NCBI GenBank assembly: GCA_030649165.1
Contig: JAUSGG010000162.1
Location: forward strand, 3-64,002
Reading direction: 5' to 3'
Length of the DNA: 64,000 nt
Source: Armatimonadota bacterium
Lineage (GTDB): Bacteria; Armatimonadota; UBA5829; JAUSEB01
Shown in pieces: positions 19,000 through 29,163 of this stretch (the stretch's first letter is position 1; each line of letters begins with the position of its first letter). The position numbers and the translations under genes are program-made. The notes beneath the pieces are model-generated. The model had not been told where the DNA came from. It worked only from the letters and a program-made list of their open reading frames with translations, and did not search any database.

Positions 19000-19644
19000 T
19001 TGGAAGGCAATGAGACTCCCACCGCTCAGGAGCAGAACCCTCAGGGTTATATTTCCCTCGTGGTCCAGGAACTGAAAGCCGGGACCGACACGTGGGCGAT
19101 TACTCAAAAGCTGGTCGAGATGGGCGCGGACCAGAGCGAAGCGTCCCAACTTGTGGACAAGGTCTATTCGGAAGTGAAAGTGGCCCTGGAGGCCGAACAG
19201 CTCACCCCTCACAGCGTATTGACAGGTTTGGTTGGAGGAGCGCTGGGCGCGGCTATCGGCGGAACGGCCTGGGGCCTGATAGTCAAATACACGCACTTTG
19301 AGATCGGCTATATGGCCTGGGGAATCGGCCTGCTGTGCGGTTTCGGAGTCGTCATATTCTCAGGCGGTCGAAAAGGCCTTCCGCTTCAGTTGATCGCGGT
19401 GTTGGCGGCGATTGCGGGGATTGTTGCGGGCAAGTATGCGACGTTCTACCTCGAACTCAAAGATGTTCTCGCTCAGGAGGCCCACCGGCCGGTGAATATC
19501 CCAATCTTTTCCCCGGCCCTCATCAGACTTTTCCCCAGCGCATTGCGCGAGATGATGAGCGGTTTCGATTTTCTCTGGGTGGCCCTCGCGGTCATCACCG
19601 CGTGGCGGATTCCGAAGCCGTTGGGGATTAAGTTGAGAAGCTGA
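19000..19644 (+). CDS. Hypothetical membrane protein (soluble N-domain + 4 TM)
   Basis: TTG start with AGGAGG 12 nt upstream; MEGNETPTAQEQNPQGYISLVVQELKAG... Confidence 0.6.
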   Translation: MEGNETPTAQEQNPQGYISLVVQELKAGTDTWAITQKLVEMGADQSEASQLVDKVYSEVKVALEAEQLTPHSVLTGLVGGALGAAIGGTAWGLIVKYTHFEIGYMAWGIGLLCGFGVVIFSGGRKGLPLQLIAVLAAIAGIVAGKYATFYLELKDVLAQEAHRPVNIPIFSPALIRLFPSALREMMSGFDFLWVALAVITAWRIPKPLGIKLRS

Positions 19645-19647
19645 GGG

Positions 19648-19765
19648 GGAGGAGTCGGAGGAGTCGCAGGGAGTCCGAGGGAGGGAGACCTGCGGTCGGC
19701 ATCTTGTGCGGGGTCAGAGACCCGCGCACAGCGAGACCCGCGCACAGCGAGACGGCAGGGTCTTG
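19648..19765. repeat. Mosaic intergenic cassette: GGAGTCG-type word repeats + R4 hairpin element duplicated in tandem
   Basis: ggaggagtcggaggagtcgcagggagtccgagg; gggagacctgcggtcgg; tgcggggtcagagacccgcgcacagcga gacccgcgcacagcga; second copy of the cassette at 63721-63843. Confidence 0.8.
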
Positions 19766-19807
19766 AGCCGAATTAGACGGGGCCTGCCACTGTTCACCGT
19801 TTACTGG

Positions 19808-20482
19808 TCACTGTTGACTATCCGACTCCAGCAGTCCGTCCCGAAACCGCAGAACGCGGCGGGCGTGGGCGGCGATGTCGGCCTCGTGGGTAACGATGAC
19901 GATGGTCTTTCCCTGCTCGTTGAGCCGCTGGAAGATGGACATTATCTCCACGCCGGTAGCGGTGTCCAGATTGCCCGTCGGCTCATCGCCGAAGATGACA
20001 GGCGGGTCGTTCACGAGGGCGCGGGCAATTGCGACTCGCTGCTGCTCGCCGCCGGAGAGTTGCATGGGCGTGTGATGGAGGCGGTCGCCAAGACCGATCG
20101 AACTCAGTATCTGCCGGGCCAGCTTGACGTCCTTGCGCTCGAAGGAATACATCATCGGCAGCAGAGTGTTCTTGAGGGCGGAGGCGCGCGGGAGAAGGTT
20201 GAAACTCTGGAAAACAAATCCGATCTTGCGGTTTCTCACGGCGGCGCGGGCCGGGTCGCTGAGCCTGCTGGCGTCGGCTCCGTCGAGAAGGTACTTTCCG
20301 CCGCTCGGTCTGTCCAGGCATCCGAGGATGTTCATCAGCGTCGATTTGCCTGAGCCGGATGGTCCCATTATGGCCACGAACTCGCCGGGCTCTATGGCGA
20401 ACGAGACCCCTCGCAGCGCGGGTATGTCCACGCTGCCGATCCCGTAGGTTTTCTTCAGGTCGCGGACTTCGATTAGGGCCAT
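19808..20482 (-). CDS. ABC transporter ATP-binding protein (MacB/LolD/DevA-type)
   Basis: Walker A GPSGSGKST, signature LSGGEQQR, Walker B VIFGDEPTGNLD. Confidence 0.9.
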   Translation of the reverse strand: MALIEVRDLKKTYGIGSVDIPALRGVSFAIEPGEFVAIMGPSGSGKSTLMNILGCLDRPSGGKYLLDGADASRLSDPARAAVRNRKIGFVFQSFNLLPRASALKNTLLPMMYSFERKDVKLARQILSSIGLGDRLHHTPMQLSGGEQQRVAIARALVNDPPVIFGDEPTGNLDTATGVEIMSIFQRLNEQGKTIVIVTHEADIAAHARRVLRFRDGLLESDSQQ

Positions 20483-20498
20483 TGGTTTACCTGTCTTT

Positions 20499-20578
20499 GT
20501 GCGTCCTTCGGCAGCGTCGCTGCCGCTCTGCTACCGAAGGATCGAAAAGCAGATTCCTCGTTCCTCGGAATGACGCCT
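20499..20578. repeat. R2 dispersed repeat copy (CCTTCGGCAGCGTCGCTGCCGCTCTGCTACCGAAGG hairpin + AGATTCCTCGTTCCTCGGAATGACG module)
   Basis: Near-identical copies at 2628-2700 and 34537-34582; partial at 31340-31385. Confidence 0.85.
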
Positions 20579-20610
20579 ACACCGGCACGGGTCATCTCGT
20601 CTGCAAGGTT

Positions 20611-20652
20611 CAACCCTCACCCCTGCCCTCTCCCTCCCAGGGAGAGGGAGTT
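20611..20652. repeat. R1 hairpin repeat copy (inverted orientation)
   Basis: caaccctcacccctgccctctccctcccagggagagggag between ATPase and permease genes. Confidence 0.85.
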
Positions 20653-20654
20653 CG

Positions 20655-21959
20655 TCAAGCGTATCTCAGGGCTTCTATCGGGTCGACAAGCGCTGCTCGC
20701 ACGGCGGGATAGAGCCCGAAGATGACGCCGACGAACGCTGAAACTCCGAAGGAAACGACAATCGCCTGCATCGAGACTACTGTCCGCCAATCGGCGTAGG
20801 TGGATATGGCCTTTGCCCCGCCGATTCCCAGCCCGATGCCGATCAGCCCGCCGAAGCACGTGATGACCAATGCCTCCAGCATGAACTGGCGGATGATGTC
20901 CCATCTGGTCGCGCCGACGCACCGCCGGATGCCGATCTCTCGCGTCCGCTGCGTCACGGTCGCGAGCATGATGTTCATTATGCCTATACCGCCCACGAGC
21001 AGCGAAATGCTGGCTATTGCCGCCATTACTATGTTGAAAATGCGCTGGGTCTGCCAGCTCTGGCGCAGAAGCTCCGCGGGGATTATGATCTCATAGTCCC
21101 TGATGCCCCTATGCCGGCGGTTCAATACGGACCGGATGACGGAAGCCGCCGGGATCGTAGCGTTATCGCTTTCGACCTGCACGATTACCTCGCTGAGCGG
21201 ACTGTCGCCCCTGCTCTGACGCACCATCATTCTCCTGAACAGCTTTTCAGCCGCGATAGCGGTGGCGGGCACCGCTTCGACGGAGTGAATCTTGAAATCC
21301 GTGATCGAGACGGTGATGGGGATGTAAACGTGGGAGTTGAGGTCCTTCATAGCGGAAAAGGCGCTGCCGGAGCCGACTTCCTTGCGCTTCATAACCCCGA
21401 CCACACGAAAGACGTTTCTCCCGATCCTCATAGTCTTACCGATCGGATCGTTGAAGCCGAACACATCGCGCTTGGCCGCGGCGCCCAAAACGCATACGAA
21501 AACGTGATCGCGCACGTCCCGGTCGATCAGAAAACGCCCGGTCTCGATGACCGATCGCGTGGCCTGCTCATATCCCGGAATCGTTCCGACTATCTTGACC
21601 GACACCGGCTTCTCTCGCACGTTCACGTCGGAGAAGACCTCTCGAATGGGTATCACGCCCTTCGCGAACTGGCAAACCTCTCGAAGCCCATCGGTGTCCG
21701 AATACTTGAGACCAAATGGAGAACGCTCCTGCGCTTTGGCGACGAGTTCGCCGGCGGTCGCCGCGCGCCTGACGCGGACGATGTCGATGCCCATCTGCCG
21801 GATTTGTTCGAGAGCCTCCTGTTTGGCGCCTTCGCCGATGGATACCATCGCTATGACGGCCGCGACTCCGAAAATCACGCCGAGCATTGTCAGCGCGGAG
21901 CGCAGTTTGTGGGAAAGGAGTTCCGACAGTCCGGTTTGGATGGCGTCGAGTATGCCCAT
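20655..21959 (-). CDS. ABC transporter permease, FtsX/MacB-type with periplasmic domain
   Basis: N-terminal TM, large periplasmic domain, C-terminal 3-TM FtsX domain. Confidence 0.85.
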   Translation of the reverse strand: MGILDAIQTGLSELLSHKLRSALTMLGVIFGVAAVIAMVSIGEGAKQEALEQIRQMGIDIVRVRRAATAGELVAKAQERSPFGLKYSDTDGLREVCQFAKGVIPIREVFSDVNVREKPVSVKIVGTIPGYEQATRSVIETGRFLIDRDVRDHVFVCVLGAAAKRDVFGFNDPIGKTMRIGRNVFRVVGVMKRKEVGSGSAFSAMKDLNSHVYIPITVSITDFKIHSVEAVPATAIAAEKLFRRMMVRQSRGDSPLSEVIVQVESDNATIPAASVIRSVLNRRHRGIRDYEIIIPAELLRQSWQTQRIFNIVMAAIASISLLVGGIGIMNIMLATVTQRTREIGIRRCVGATRWDIIRQFMLEALVITCFGGLIGIGLGIGGAKAISTYADWRTVVSMQAIVVSFGVSAFVGVIFGLYPAVRAALVDPIEALRYA

Positions 21960-21961
21960 CG

Positions 21962-23368
21962 CTACTTCTTGGCCCCGTTCTTCTCCGGTATCGGAACGGC
22001 CTTCTCGCCCTTGCCTTCCTCGACGTTCGCGGCGCCGGATTCCTGCTGATCCATCGGGCGCGTCGGGTCTCTCAGACAGACCACGTCACCTTTCTTGAGA
22101 CCCTTGGTTATCACGACAGAGTTGTCGTTCTGCGGGCCGGTCTGGACGAGAACACGCTGGTACCGCTTTCCATTCCTGACGAAGGCGAACGTCTTTCCAG
22201 ACCGTTCCTGCACGGCCTCGATCGGGGCGTAGACAGCCTTGTCCAGCGTCTTCTCGATGAACTCCAAATCCGCGGTCATGCCCGGTTTCAAGGTCCTGGG
22301 ATCGGCCTCTTCAAGATCGATCGTGACCTCAAAATTCTTCTTGCCGGGCTCGGCCCCAGTCTCCCAGAACATCTTCTCACTGGCAAGGCTGGATATCTCT
22401 TTGACGACGCCGTGGAACGTCCTGCTGGGGACGGCCTCCAGTCGCACTAGACATTTCATGCCGAGTTTCACTCTGGGCGCATCAGACTCTCCGACCTGTA
22501 CTTTGACGAGCATGCTCGAAAGCTCGGGCAGTTGGCAGATGCTCATTCTGGGCCAAACGCCGTCGCCTTCTTTGAGTTTCCGGCGTTCGCTGCCGCCCAC
22601 CCACGTGCTCGTCAGCACTACCATTCCGGCTGACGGCGCCTTGATGATTGCCTTTTTCAGGTTGTTCTGCCAGTTATCAAGATCGAGTTTCGACATGCCG
22701 GCGACGCTCTCGGCGTTGGCCACGTCGGCCCTTTTCTGCTCCTCCTCGGACTGAACCTCTTTCTTCTTGAGGTCCAACTGCATCTCGCCTTTGCGAACGG
22801 CAAGCTCTTTGCTGCGGACGTCTATTTCCGCCTGATCGACCTGGTCGCGCGGAATCAGTTTCTCGTCGGCCAGGCGCTTCTTCTTCTCGAAACTCTTCTG
22901 AGCGCGCTCGTATTCGGACTTGTTGAAGTCGAGCTCGGCCTGAGACTGCGCAATCACAGTCTTGTTCTGCTCGATCAGGATGTTCAATTTAGCTTTCGCC
23001 CGCCCGACTTCGGCCCTGTCCTGACTGTTCTTGAGCTTTCTGGAAAGCACTTCATTCCGAACGTTGGTCGTGTCGAGGATCGCGATGACGTCCCCGGCAG
23101 CCACCACGGCGCCTTCCGAGATAAGTTTGATGATCTTGCCGTCGATCTCGGAGCTGACCATCATGGATTTTTCGGCCTCCAGAGCGCCGATCTCGTGGAA
23201 ACTGATGACGAACCTACCGCCGCTGACTTTGGCCGTCGCGACGTAGGGAGTCGCCTTCTTGGGAGCGACGAACTGCCTGTAGAGCGGCGACCCCCAGTGT
23301 TGAACGGCGACAACCACGATCGCCACCGACAGCGCGCGGGTCCCCCAAAGCGTCAACTGTCTTCTCAT
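21962..23368 (-). CDS. HlyD/MacA-family periplasmic adaptor subunit
   Basis: N-terminal TM anchor, long coiled-coil, lipoyl/beta-barrel segments. Confidence 0.85.
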   Translation of the reverse strand: MRRQLTLWGTRALSVAIVVVAVQHWGSPLYRQFVAPKKATPYVATAKVSGGRFVISFHEIGALEAEKSMMVSSEIDGKIIKLISEGAVVAAGDVIAILDTTNVRNEVLSRKLKNSQDRAEVGRAKAKLNILIEQNKTVIAQSQAELDFNKSEYERAQKSFEKKKRLADEKLIPRDQVDQAEIDVRSKELAVRKGEMQLDLKKKEVQSEEEQKRADVANAESVAGMSKLDLDNWQNNLKKAIIKAPSAGMVVLTSTWVGGSERRKLKEGDGVWPRMSICQLPELSSMLVKVQVGESDAPRVKLGMKCLVRLEAVPSRTFHGVVKEISSLASEKMFWETGAEPGKKNFEVTIDLEEADPRTLKPGMTADLEFIEKTLDKAVYAPIEAVQERSGKTFAFVRNGKRYQRVLVQTGPQNDNSVVITKGLKKGDVVCLRDPTRPMDQQESGAANVEEGKGEKAVPIPEKNGAKK

Positions 23369-24801
23369 TTAGATACCACCGCAGTTATGTCTTCGCCCAT
23401 AGCGTATCGCAGGCTCAGGTTCGCCAGGTAAACGTTGGTCTTTGCGGCGAGCAGCCCGCTCTCGACCTCGGTCAGCGACTCCTGGGCTTCCAGCGTCTCT
23501 CTGTTCGAGACCAGGCCCTCGTCAACCATGCGCTGCGCCAGCCCGAGGTTCTCCTCGGCCACTTTTGAGTTCTGGTCCAGGATTTCCAGCGAGGCGCGCG
23601 CCGCCTCAAGCGACCGGTAAGCGCGCCGGACTTGCTCCGCGATCTGTTCCATCTGAAAGTTACGCACAGTGTGAAGCACGTTCAACTGTCTCGACGCGGT
23701 GTCCCGCTCCTCTTTGGTGACGCGCTTGTCCAGCGGGAATACGAGATCCAGGCCCATCCGCGCATCGCTTTCTCCGAATATGGAACCCGCCGTCAGGCCG
23801 CCAAAATCGCCGGCGGAATTGTAGCCGGCGACCACATCGAGGCCCGGACGAAGCCGGTCTTTGGCCATCGCCAACTCCCTCGCTTTCTCGGACAACTGTT
23901 CATCGGAAATCCCCAACTCGCCTCGGTTGGACAGGGCGGTCTTGACGGCGTCTCCCAGGCCGGGGGCTTCCACACCGGCATCCGAGATCGCGTCGGTCAA
24001 CTCCGGACCGTGCCCGACTCCGGCGCCGATTGCCAGCATAAGCCTATCCATCGCCCCTCGCGCCGCCTGGTTTTGAAGGTTGAGCTCGTCCCTGGTGCGG
24101 GCAACGCGAAGCTCGGCGCGGGAGACCTCGATCTCCGCCACTAGGCCGGCATCGGCCCGTTTTCGGGCCCCATCGGCCACTTCCCGCGCAATAGCCAGCG
24201 CGCGCTCCCGGACCTTTACGCGCTCCCTCTCCAGCACGGCCTGGTAGTACGCCTCGACCACACCGAGCGCGGTCGATTGGCGGGTGAGGTACAATTCCTT
24301 ATCCTGCACGCTCGCGTCACTCCGCGCGCCAAGGACAAGGTTGGATTTATCGGACAGCCGTCCTTTGCCCCTCATCAGCGGACTCCTGAGCGACAAGTTC
24401 ATGGAGCTGCGCAGATTGCCCAGCCCGAATGGTGACAGGTTGACGGACGCCTCCGTGCCGCTCAGGTTCTTGTAAGTCAGGTCGCCTCCGAGATTGGCGG
24501 ACACGGTGGAATCGCCGAAGCTGCGCTCGACACCCGTGTAACCTCCGGCGCCGAAAGTCGTGTTCAGACCGGCGATCCTGAGCCGGGACAAGGACGACAG
24601 GCGGCTTTCCTCGGCCTGTTTCAATCCGGCGTTCTCGCCAAGCGCGGCGGCGACGGCCTCCGCGACCGAGAGCTTCGCGGGCGGCGCGTACGTCGGTTGC
24701 GCCGGGGCCTTCTGAGCCGCGCGGGACGCGGCTCCGGTCCCAAAGAGGAACAGGGCGAGTAACGCGCAGCCCCAGGCGAGGCCGCGGGAGGGTTTCTTCA
24801 T
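23365..24801 (-). CDS. TolC-family outer-membrane efflux protein
   Basis: Signal peptide; two repeats of outer-membrane-efflux-protein helical/beta pattern; 4-nt overlap with adaptor gene. Confidence 0.85.
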   Translation of the reverse strand: MKKPSRGLAWGCALLALFLFGTGAASRAAQKAPAQPTYAPPAKLSVAEAVAAALGENAGLKQAEESRLSSLSRLRIAGLNTTFGAGGYTGVERSFGDSTVSANLGGDLTYKNLSGTEASVNLSPFGLGNLRSSMNLSLRSPLMRGKGRLSDKSNLVLGARSDASVQDKELYLTRQSTALGVVEAYYQAVLERERVKVRERALAIAREVADGARKRADAGLVAEIEVSRAELRVARTRDELNLQNQAARGAMDRLMLAIGAGVGHGPELTDAISDAGVEAPGLGDAVKTALSNRGELGISDEQLSEKARELAMAKDRLRPGLDVVAGYNSAGDFGGLTAGSIFGESDARMGLDLVFPLDKRVTKEERDTASRQLNVLHTVRNFQMEQIAEQVRRAYRSLEAARASLEILDQNSKVAEENLGLAQRMVDEGLVSNRETLEAQESLTEVESGLLAAKTNVYLANLSLRYAMGEDITAVVSK

Positions 24802-24931
24802 AATGGGATTTGCCTTTTCGTAAGCGGCGTGGAAAACGATCTTACATCTACACTATAAACCATGACGCTTCAACTGAGCAATATGTTCAGGTTGGTTGTT
24901 AGTTGTCGGTTGACGGTTTTGCGCTTCGAAT

Positions 24932-25231
24932 ATGGAACAAGCCATATGTAGCCGTCCAAAGGAGCTGATGCGCGTGCACTTTGCCGATTCCATAATACGT
25001 AAGCTGCACATATACCTGCTCGTTTTCTGTTTCGTCGTATCTCTTCTGGGGATGGCTGTTGTGAAGTTGAGCCGAGGTGGTCGAGACGCCAGTGAACCGG
25101 CGGTCACGGCGGGCCAGAAACTGAGAGCGCTGGAAAACCTGGCGCCTCAGTCGCCGGCGATGTCCCGATTCCTGCAGAACGAGAAGGCGACACAGCAGGC
25201 AAACCGGGAAGTCTGCGGCGGAGGTCGGTAG
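24932..25231 (+). CDS. Possible small single-TM protein (speculative)
   Basis: 99-aa ORF in low-GC divergent region between tolC-like and lnt; one hydrophobic helix. Confidence 0.25.
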   Translation: MEQAICSRPKELMRVHFADSIIRKLHIYLLVFCFVVSLLGMAVVKLSRGGRDASEPAVTAGQKLRALENLAPQSPAMSRFLQNEKATQQANREVCGGGR

Positions 25232-25345
25232 GTTTATAGGGTTCCAGGGTTATAGGTTCGTAGGTTCTTAGGGTGTTCCGTGCGTGATTCGGGATGAAGT
25301 GCGTGTCACGAAGCATACTGAACACTCGAATCCGCACGGTAATCC

Positions 25346-25388
25346 CCCCTCACCCCAACCCTCTCCCGCCCAAGGGGGAGAGGGGGAT
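25346..25388. repeat. R1 hairpin repeat copy (inverted orientation)
   Basis: ccctcaccccaaccctctcccgcccaagggggagaggggg. Confidence 0.85.
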
Positions 25389-25522
25389 TTGGCGTATGCG
25401 TTACGTTGACCTAACAGCAATACCGGACTACTGAACTCATCCGTTTGCTTTCCTTCCGGGAACTGCTGCAGCGCGCGGCCTGTCTAACAAGCAATCAGCA
25501 TCTACCGCAGAGGAGCGTCAGT

Positions 25523-27010
25523 ATGGGCAATAGGCAGGCTCTTTCAAGCGGGTTTCCTATTTCGGTTATTCGAGGCGGGGCCCTCAACGCCGCCCTGGTA
25601 GTTATCTCGGCCCTCTTGGCATCCCTTGCGTTTCCACCTCACGAACTGTGGCCGCTCGCGTGGGTCTGCCTGGTTCCCCTGTTCATCGCCTTGGGCCGAA
25701 CAAGCGCGGTCCGCGCGTCAGGGTGGCTCGCCCTGCTGTTTGGTCTCGTTTTCCTGGGCTTCACCTTACGCTGGTTGACAAATATATTCGGGACCGGCAT
25801 TGTCGGAATTATGCTGCTTGGCTCGCTGCCATTCGTGCTTTTTGGTCTTGCCTATCGGTTTGTCTACGCCCGCTCATCGCCATTGGCCGCTGCGTTAATG
25901 ACTCCCGTCCTGTGGCTGGCCGTCGATTGGCTCCGCTGCGATGGCTGGTACTTTCGATTCTCCTGGGCGCAGCTTGGATTCACACAAATCTCGTGGCGAG
26001 GCGGCCTCGCGTTCTATCCGCTCGTCGGAGTATACGGTGTCACCTTGCTCATTGCTCTGGTCAACTCTGGTGTTGCCGCACTGTTTGATCGCCGGCTCGG
26101 TCTGCGGACACGATGCGGATTTCTGGAGGCCTGCGTGGCCATCGCCGCGGCGGGAGTGATCCTCTCATTTCTGGCCCAGCCGTTCCATAGCGGTGCGAAA
26201 GTAATCGTTGGGGCGGTGCAGGACGAGAGCGGCGATGTCGAAGCCCTGAAGCAGCTTACAGTTGGCGGCAATCCGCGTCTCCGGCCTTATCTAGTCGTTT
26301 GGCCGGAATACGCTGTGTACGACTATCCACTCTCGAAACCCGCCCTGCTTGCGGAGTTGCGGCGCGTTGCGCGGAAATCGGGAAGCGTCCTCATACTCGG
26401 CTGCAAGGAACGGGCTCCCGCGAACGCTCCCTGCGACTGGTTCAGACGACGCGCGATGGGAGACGAGCTGTTCTACAACGCCGCTCTCATTATCGGGCCA
26501 AAAGGAGACGTGCTGGGGACTTACCATAAGACGCATCCGATCCAGTTGTTCAGCGACGGCGTTCCTGGCCGGTCCTACCCGGTCTTCTCGACCCCGTCAG
26601 GGCGAGTAGGGGTAGCGATCTGCTACGACTTTGACTTCGCTTCGTCCGCGCTGAATCTTGTCCGCAACGGAGCCGAGATAATCGTAGTTCCGACCTTTGA
26701 CCCCGGTTCCTGGGGCGCGCTGCAACACGTTCAGCACGCGCGGATGGCGCAGGCGCGGGCGGCGGAGGCAGGGAGATGGGTGGTCCGGGCGACGTCGTCG
26801 GGCGTGACGCAGATAATCAATCCGGGAGGAGAGGTTACGGCGCAATTGCCGCAAATGCGGTCCTCCGCTCTCAGCGGTCGCGCCGCCTTCCGGAGCGGTC
26901 TGACCCCCTACGTTCGGGTGGGATACCTGCTTCCGTACGTATGCGCCGCGCTCAGCGCAATATGGCTGGCTGCCCCTGTCCTGCGCCGATTATCCGGGTT
27001 GTCTCGATGA
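25523..27010 (+). CDS. lnt: Apolipoprotein N-acyltransferase
   Basis: N-terminal polytopic membrane domain + C-terminal CN-hydrolase domain with E (VVWPEY), K, C (AICYDFDF) triad; ORF opens at 25445, Met at 25523 preferred. Confidence 0.85.
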   Translation: MGNRQALSSGFPISVIRGGALNAALVVISALLASLAFPPHELWPLAWVCLVPLFIALGRTSAVRASGWLALLFGLVFLGFTLRWLTNIFGTGIVGIMLLGSLPFVLFGLAYRFVYARSSPLAAALMTPVLWLAVDWLRCDGWYFRFSWAQLGFTQISWRGGLAFYPLVGVYGVTLLIALVNSGVAALFDRRLGLRTRCGFLEACVAIAAAGVILSFLAQPFHSGAKVIVGAVQDESGDVEALKQLTVGGNPRLRPYLVVWPEYAVYDYPLSKPALLAELRRVARKSGSVLILGCKERAPANAPCDWFRRRAMGDELFYNAALIIGPKGDVLGTYHKTHPIQLFSDGVPGRSYPVFSTPSGRVGVAICYDFDFASSALNLVRNGAEIIVVPTFDPGSWGALQHVQHARMAQARAAEAGRWVVRATSSGVTQIINPGGEVTAQLPQMRSSALSGRAAFRSGLTPYVRVGYLLPYVCAALSAIWLAAPVLRRLSGLSR

Positions 27011-27140
27011 ATCACCGCCTTCGGACCGTACCAAGCGCTACGTCAGATAGCAAATAGCGCCACCAAACGCAAATAGACTTAACATCTGGTAGCGCTCTGA
27101 GCGTGAAGCGGAACCCCTGGAACCTTGGAACCCTACAACC

Positions 27141-28562
27141 CTATCCCCTCACCCCAACCGACGACCTTTGGCCCTCCGGCCGCGGGGCCGACACTACCGG
27201 ACGCCGTTCCTCGCGCGCCTTATCGAGTTCGTGAATGGGGAACGGGAACGGGCCTTCGTCCGGTATCAGGTCGATGTACTTCGCGCGGAACTCGGGGTCT
27301 TGCATCCGGCAGTGGTTGCAGTGGCCGGCGTACATTGGGTGCGCGACCAGCCGGTCCCAAAGCGTCTCGACCGACTCCTCCGTCGCGTTGCCGACCGTCA
27401 GCGGGGTGAAGTCGCACGGCATCATGTCTCCGTAGGCGGTCATGTAGAACTGGAACCAGCCGGCGAAACAGCCGCTGCCCATCGGTCCGTTTATGAACGA
27501 CTGGCTGATGATGTGCGGAAGTTCGCGTTTCCGGTTCCACTCCTGCTCGATACGTATGATCTCCTGCTTGTCGGATTCCGACAGAAGGAGCGCGGCGTCC
27601 TGTTGGAGCAATCTGCCGGTGGGGACGACGTCGAAAACCGTAAGCTCGTGCGCTCCGACATCGCGGGCCAGTTCGATCATCTGCGCGACCTCGCCGCTGT
27701 GCAGACGCTCAGGCGTAGCATACGTGGAGATTCCAACAATCAGCCCGGCCTCCTTTGCGCGATTCAGGCCCTCGATTGCGCGTTCGAAGCACCGCGGGAC
27801 CCTGCGCAGCCTGTCATGCGATTCGGGGTCGGGACTGTCGATCGACACGTTGAGGGAGAACAGTCCCGCATCGACGAGCTTCTTGACGTTCTCTTCCGTG
27901 AGAAGGAGGCCGTTAGTGAACATCATTGCGTTGGCCTCGTCCTTTCGGACCCACGAGATGAGCTCGTAAATGTCTTTGCGCAGGAGCGGCTCGCCGCCGG
28001 TGAATACCACGTTCACCACACCGAGGTCTTCGGTCTGGCGTATAACCGACTTCCACTGGTCCGCGGTCATCTCCGTCCGGGCTTGATACTTGTGCCTGGC
28101 TGCGCTGCAATGTTCGCAATCGGCCTGGCATTTCGCCGTTATCTGGAGGGTAGCGGTGGACGCGCGCGGGTGTCCGGTCTTCTCGTAGAGCCTTCTCGTG
28201 GCAAATGCTTTCAGGGCGGCCTGGCTGGGCAAGGCGGGCTGGTACATTGTGAAGACGAGCCGGCCGTCTTTGCGGGCGATCGCCCAACCCTTGTTGTTGA
28301 CCCAGTTCCTGACTGTCTCGGCCATGTCGGCGCCCATTTTCGCGCCGAGCAGCCCGGTAGGTCTCGCGCCGAACCGGCCGTCGTCATCGACTTCGCAAAA
28401 CAGTCCCAGCAGCTCGATCCTTTTGGACGGCGTGAGCCGCGAGAGTCCCCTTAGAGCTTTCAACAACAGCGGACGTTTGCTCGCCTCCCGGCCAATCACT
28501 TCGGCAAGGGGGCCGGCCAACCCGCCAGGTCCAACCTGCAAGAGCCTCAAATGCTGCTGCAT
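27141..28562 (-). CDS. Radical SAM/SPASM-domain enzyme with ~135-aa N-terminal extension (putative peptide/cofactor maturase)
   Basis: CQADCEHC (CxxxCxxC), GGEPLL, C-terminal Cys-rich SPASM region (GSGCFAGW...MPCDF...GHCNHC); strong RBS GGAGGTGA; ATG 28562. Confidence 0.85.
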   Translation of the reverse strand: MQQHLRLLQVGPGGLAGPLAEVIGREASKRPLLLKALRGLSRLTPSKRIELLGLFCEVDDDGRFGARPTGLLGAKMGADMAETVRNWVNNKGWAIARKDGRLVFTMYQPALPSQAALKAFATRRLYEKTGHPRASTATLQITAKCQADCEHCSAARHKYQARTEMTADQWKSVIRQTEDLGVVNVVFTGGEPLLRKDIYELISWVRKDEANAMMFTNGLLLTEENVKKLVDAGLFSLNVSIDSPDPESHDRLRRVPRCFERAIEGLNRAKEAGLIVGISTYATPERLHSGEVAQMIELARDVGAHELTVFDVVPTGRLLQQDAALLLSESDKQEIIRIEQEWNRKRELPHIISQSFINGPMGSGCFAGWFQFYMTAYGDMMPCDFTPLTVGNATEESVETLWDRLVAHPMYAGHCNHCRMQDPEFRAKYIDLIPDEGPFPFPIHELDKAREERRPVVSAPRPEGQRSSVGVRG

Positions 28563-28779
28563 CGCAAGTCACCTCCACTATGCCGCGCTCTCCCGACGCG
28601 CCAATCGTTTTGCTTACCCGCGAACGGCCCAGCCGAAACTAATGAGCTTTTCCTCGATTCGGCCTTTTCTGCTAAAATAGTCTTGTCCGTGCTCTACTGT
28701 AAGCCGGATCGTTTTGTCTATTAGAGCGATAATTCTATAAGCATGCCCGCAAGAACGCAATCGCTTTGAGGAGTATAGA

Positions 28780-29163
28780 GTGAGTTTTTCTGACGAACTG
28801 AAGTACGACGCGCAGGGCCTGATCACGGCGGTGGTCCAGGACGTCGAGACCGGTGAGGTGTTGATGGTCGCGTACATGAACAAGGAGGCGGTTGACAGGA
28901 CCTTGGAATCAGGCAAGACCTGCTTCTGGAGCCGCTCCCGGCAGGAGTTCTGGGTGAAGGGCGGTTCGTCCGGGCATTTCCAGTTCGTCAAAGGGATATA
29001 CACGGATTGCGACCGCGATTGCCTGCTTGTTAAGGTGGAGCAGGTAGGGGCGGCATGTCACGACGGCTATCGGAGCTGCTTCTACCGCCGGGTCGCTTCC
29101 GACGGATCGCTCGAAGTGGTCGCGGAAAGGGTATTCGATCCCGATAAAGTTTATGGGAGTTAG
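28780..29163 (+). CDS. hisI: Phosphoribosyl-AMP cyclohydrolase
   Basis: 127 aa with conserved HisI core (MVAYMN..., [23 protein letters not shown]). Confidence 0.9.
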   Translation: MSFSDELKYDAQGLITAVVQDVETGEVLMVAYMNKEAVDRTLESGKTCFWSRSRQEFWVKGGSSGHFQFVKGIYTDCDRDCLLVKVEQVGAACHDGYRSCFYRRVASDGSLEVVAERVFDPDKVYGS

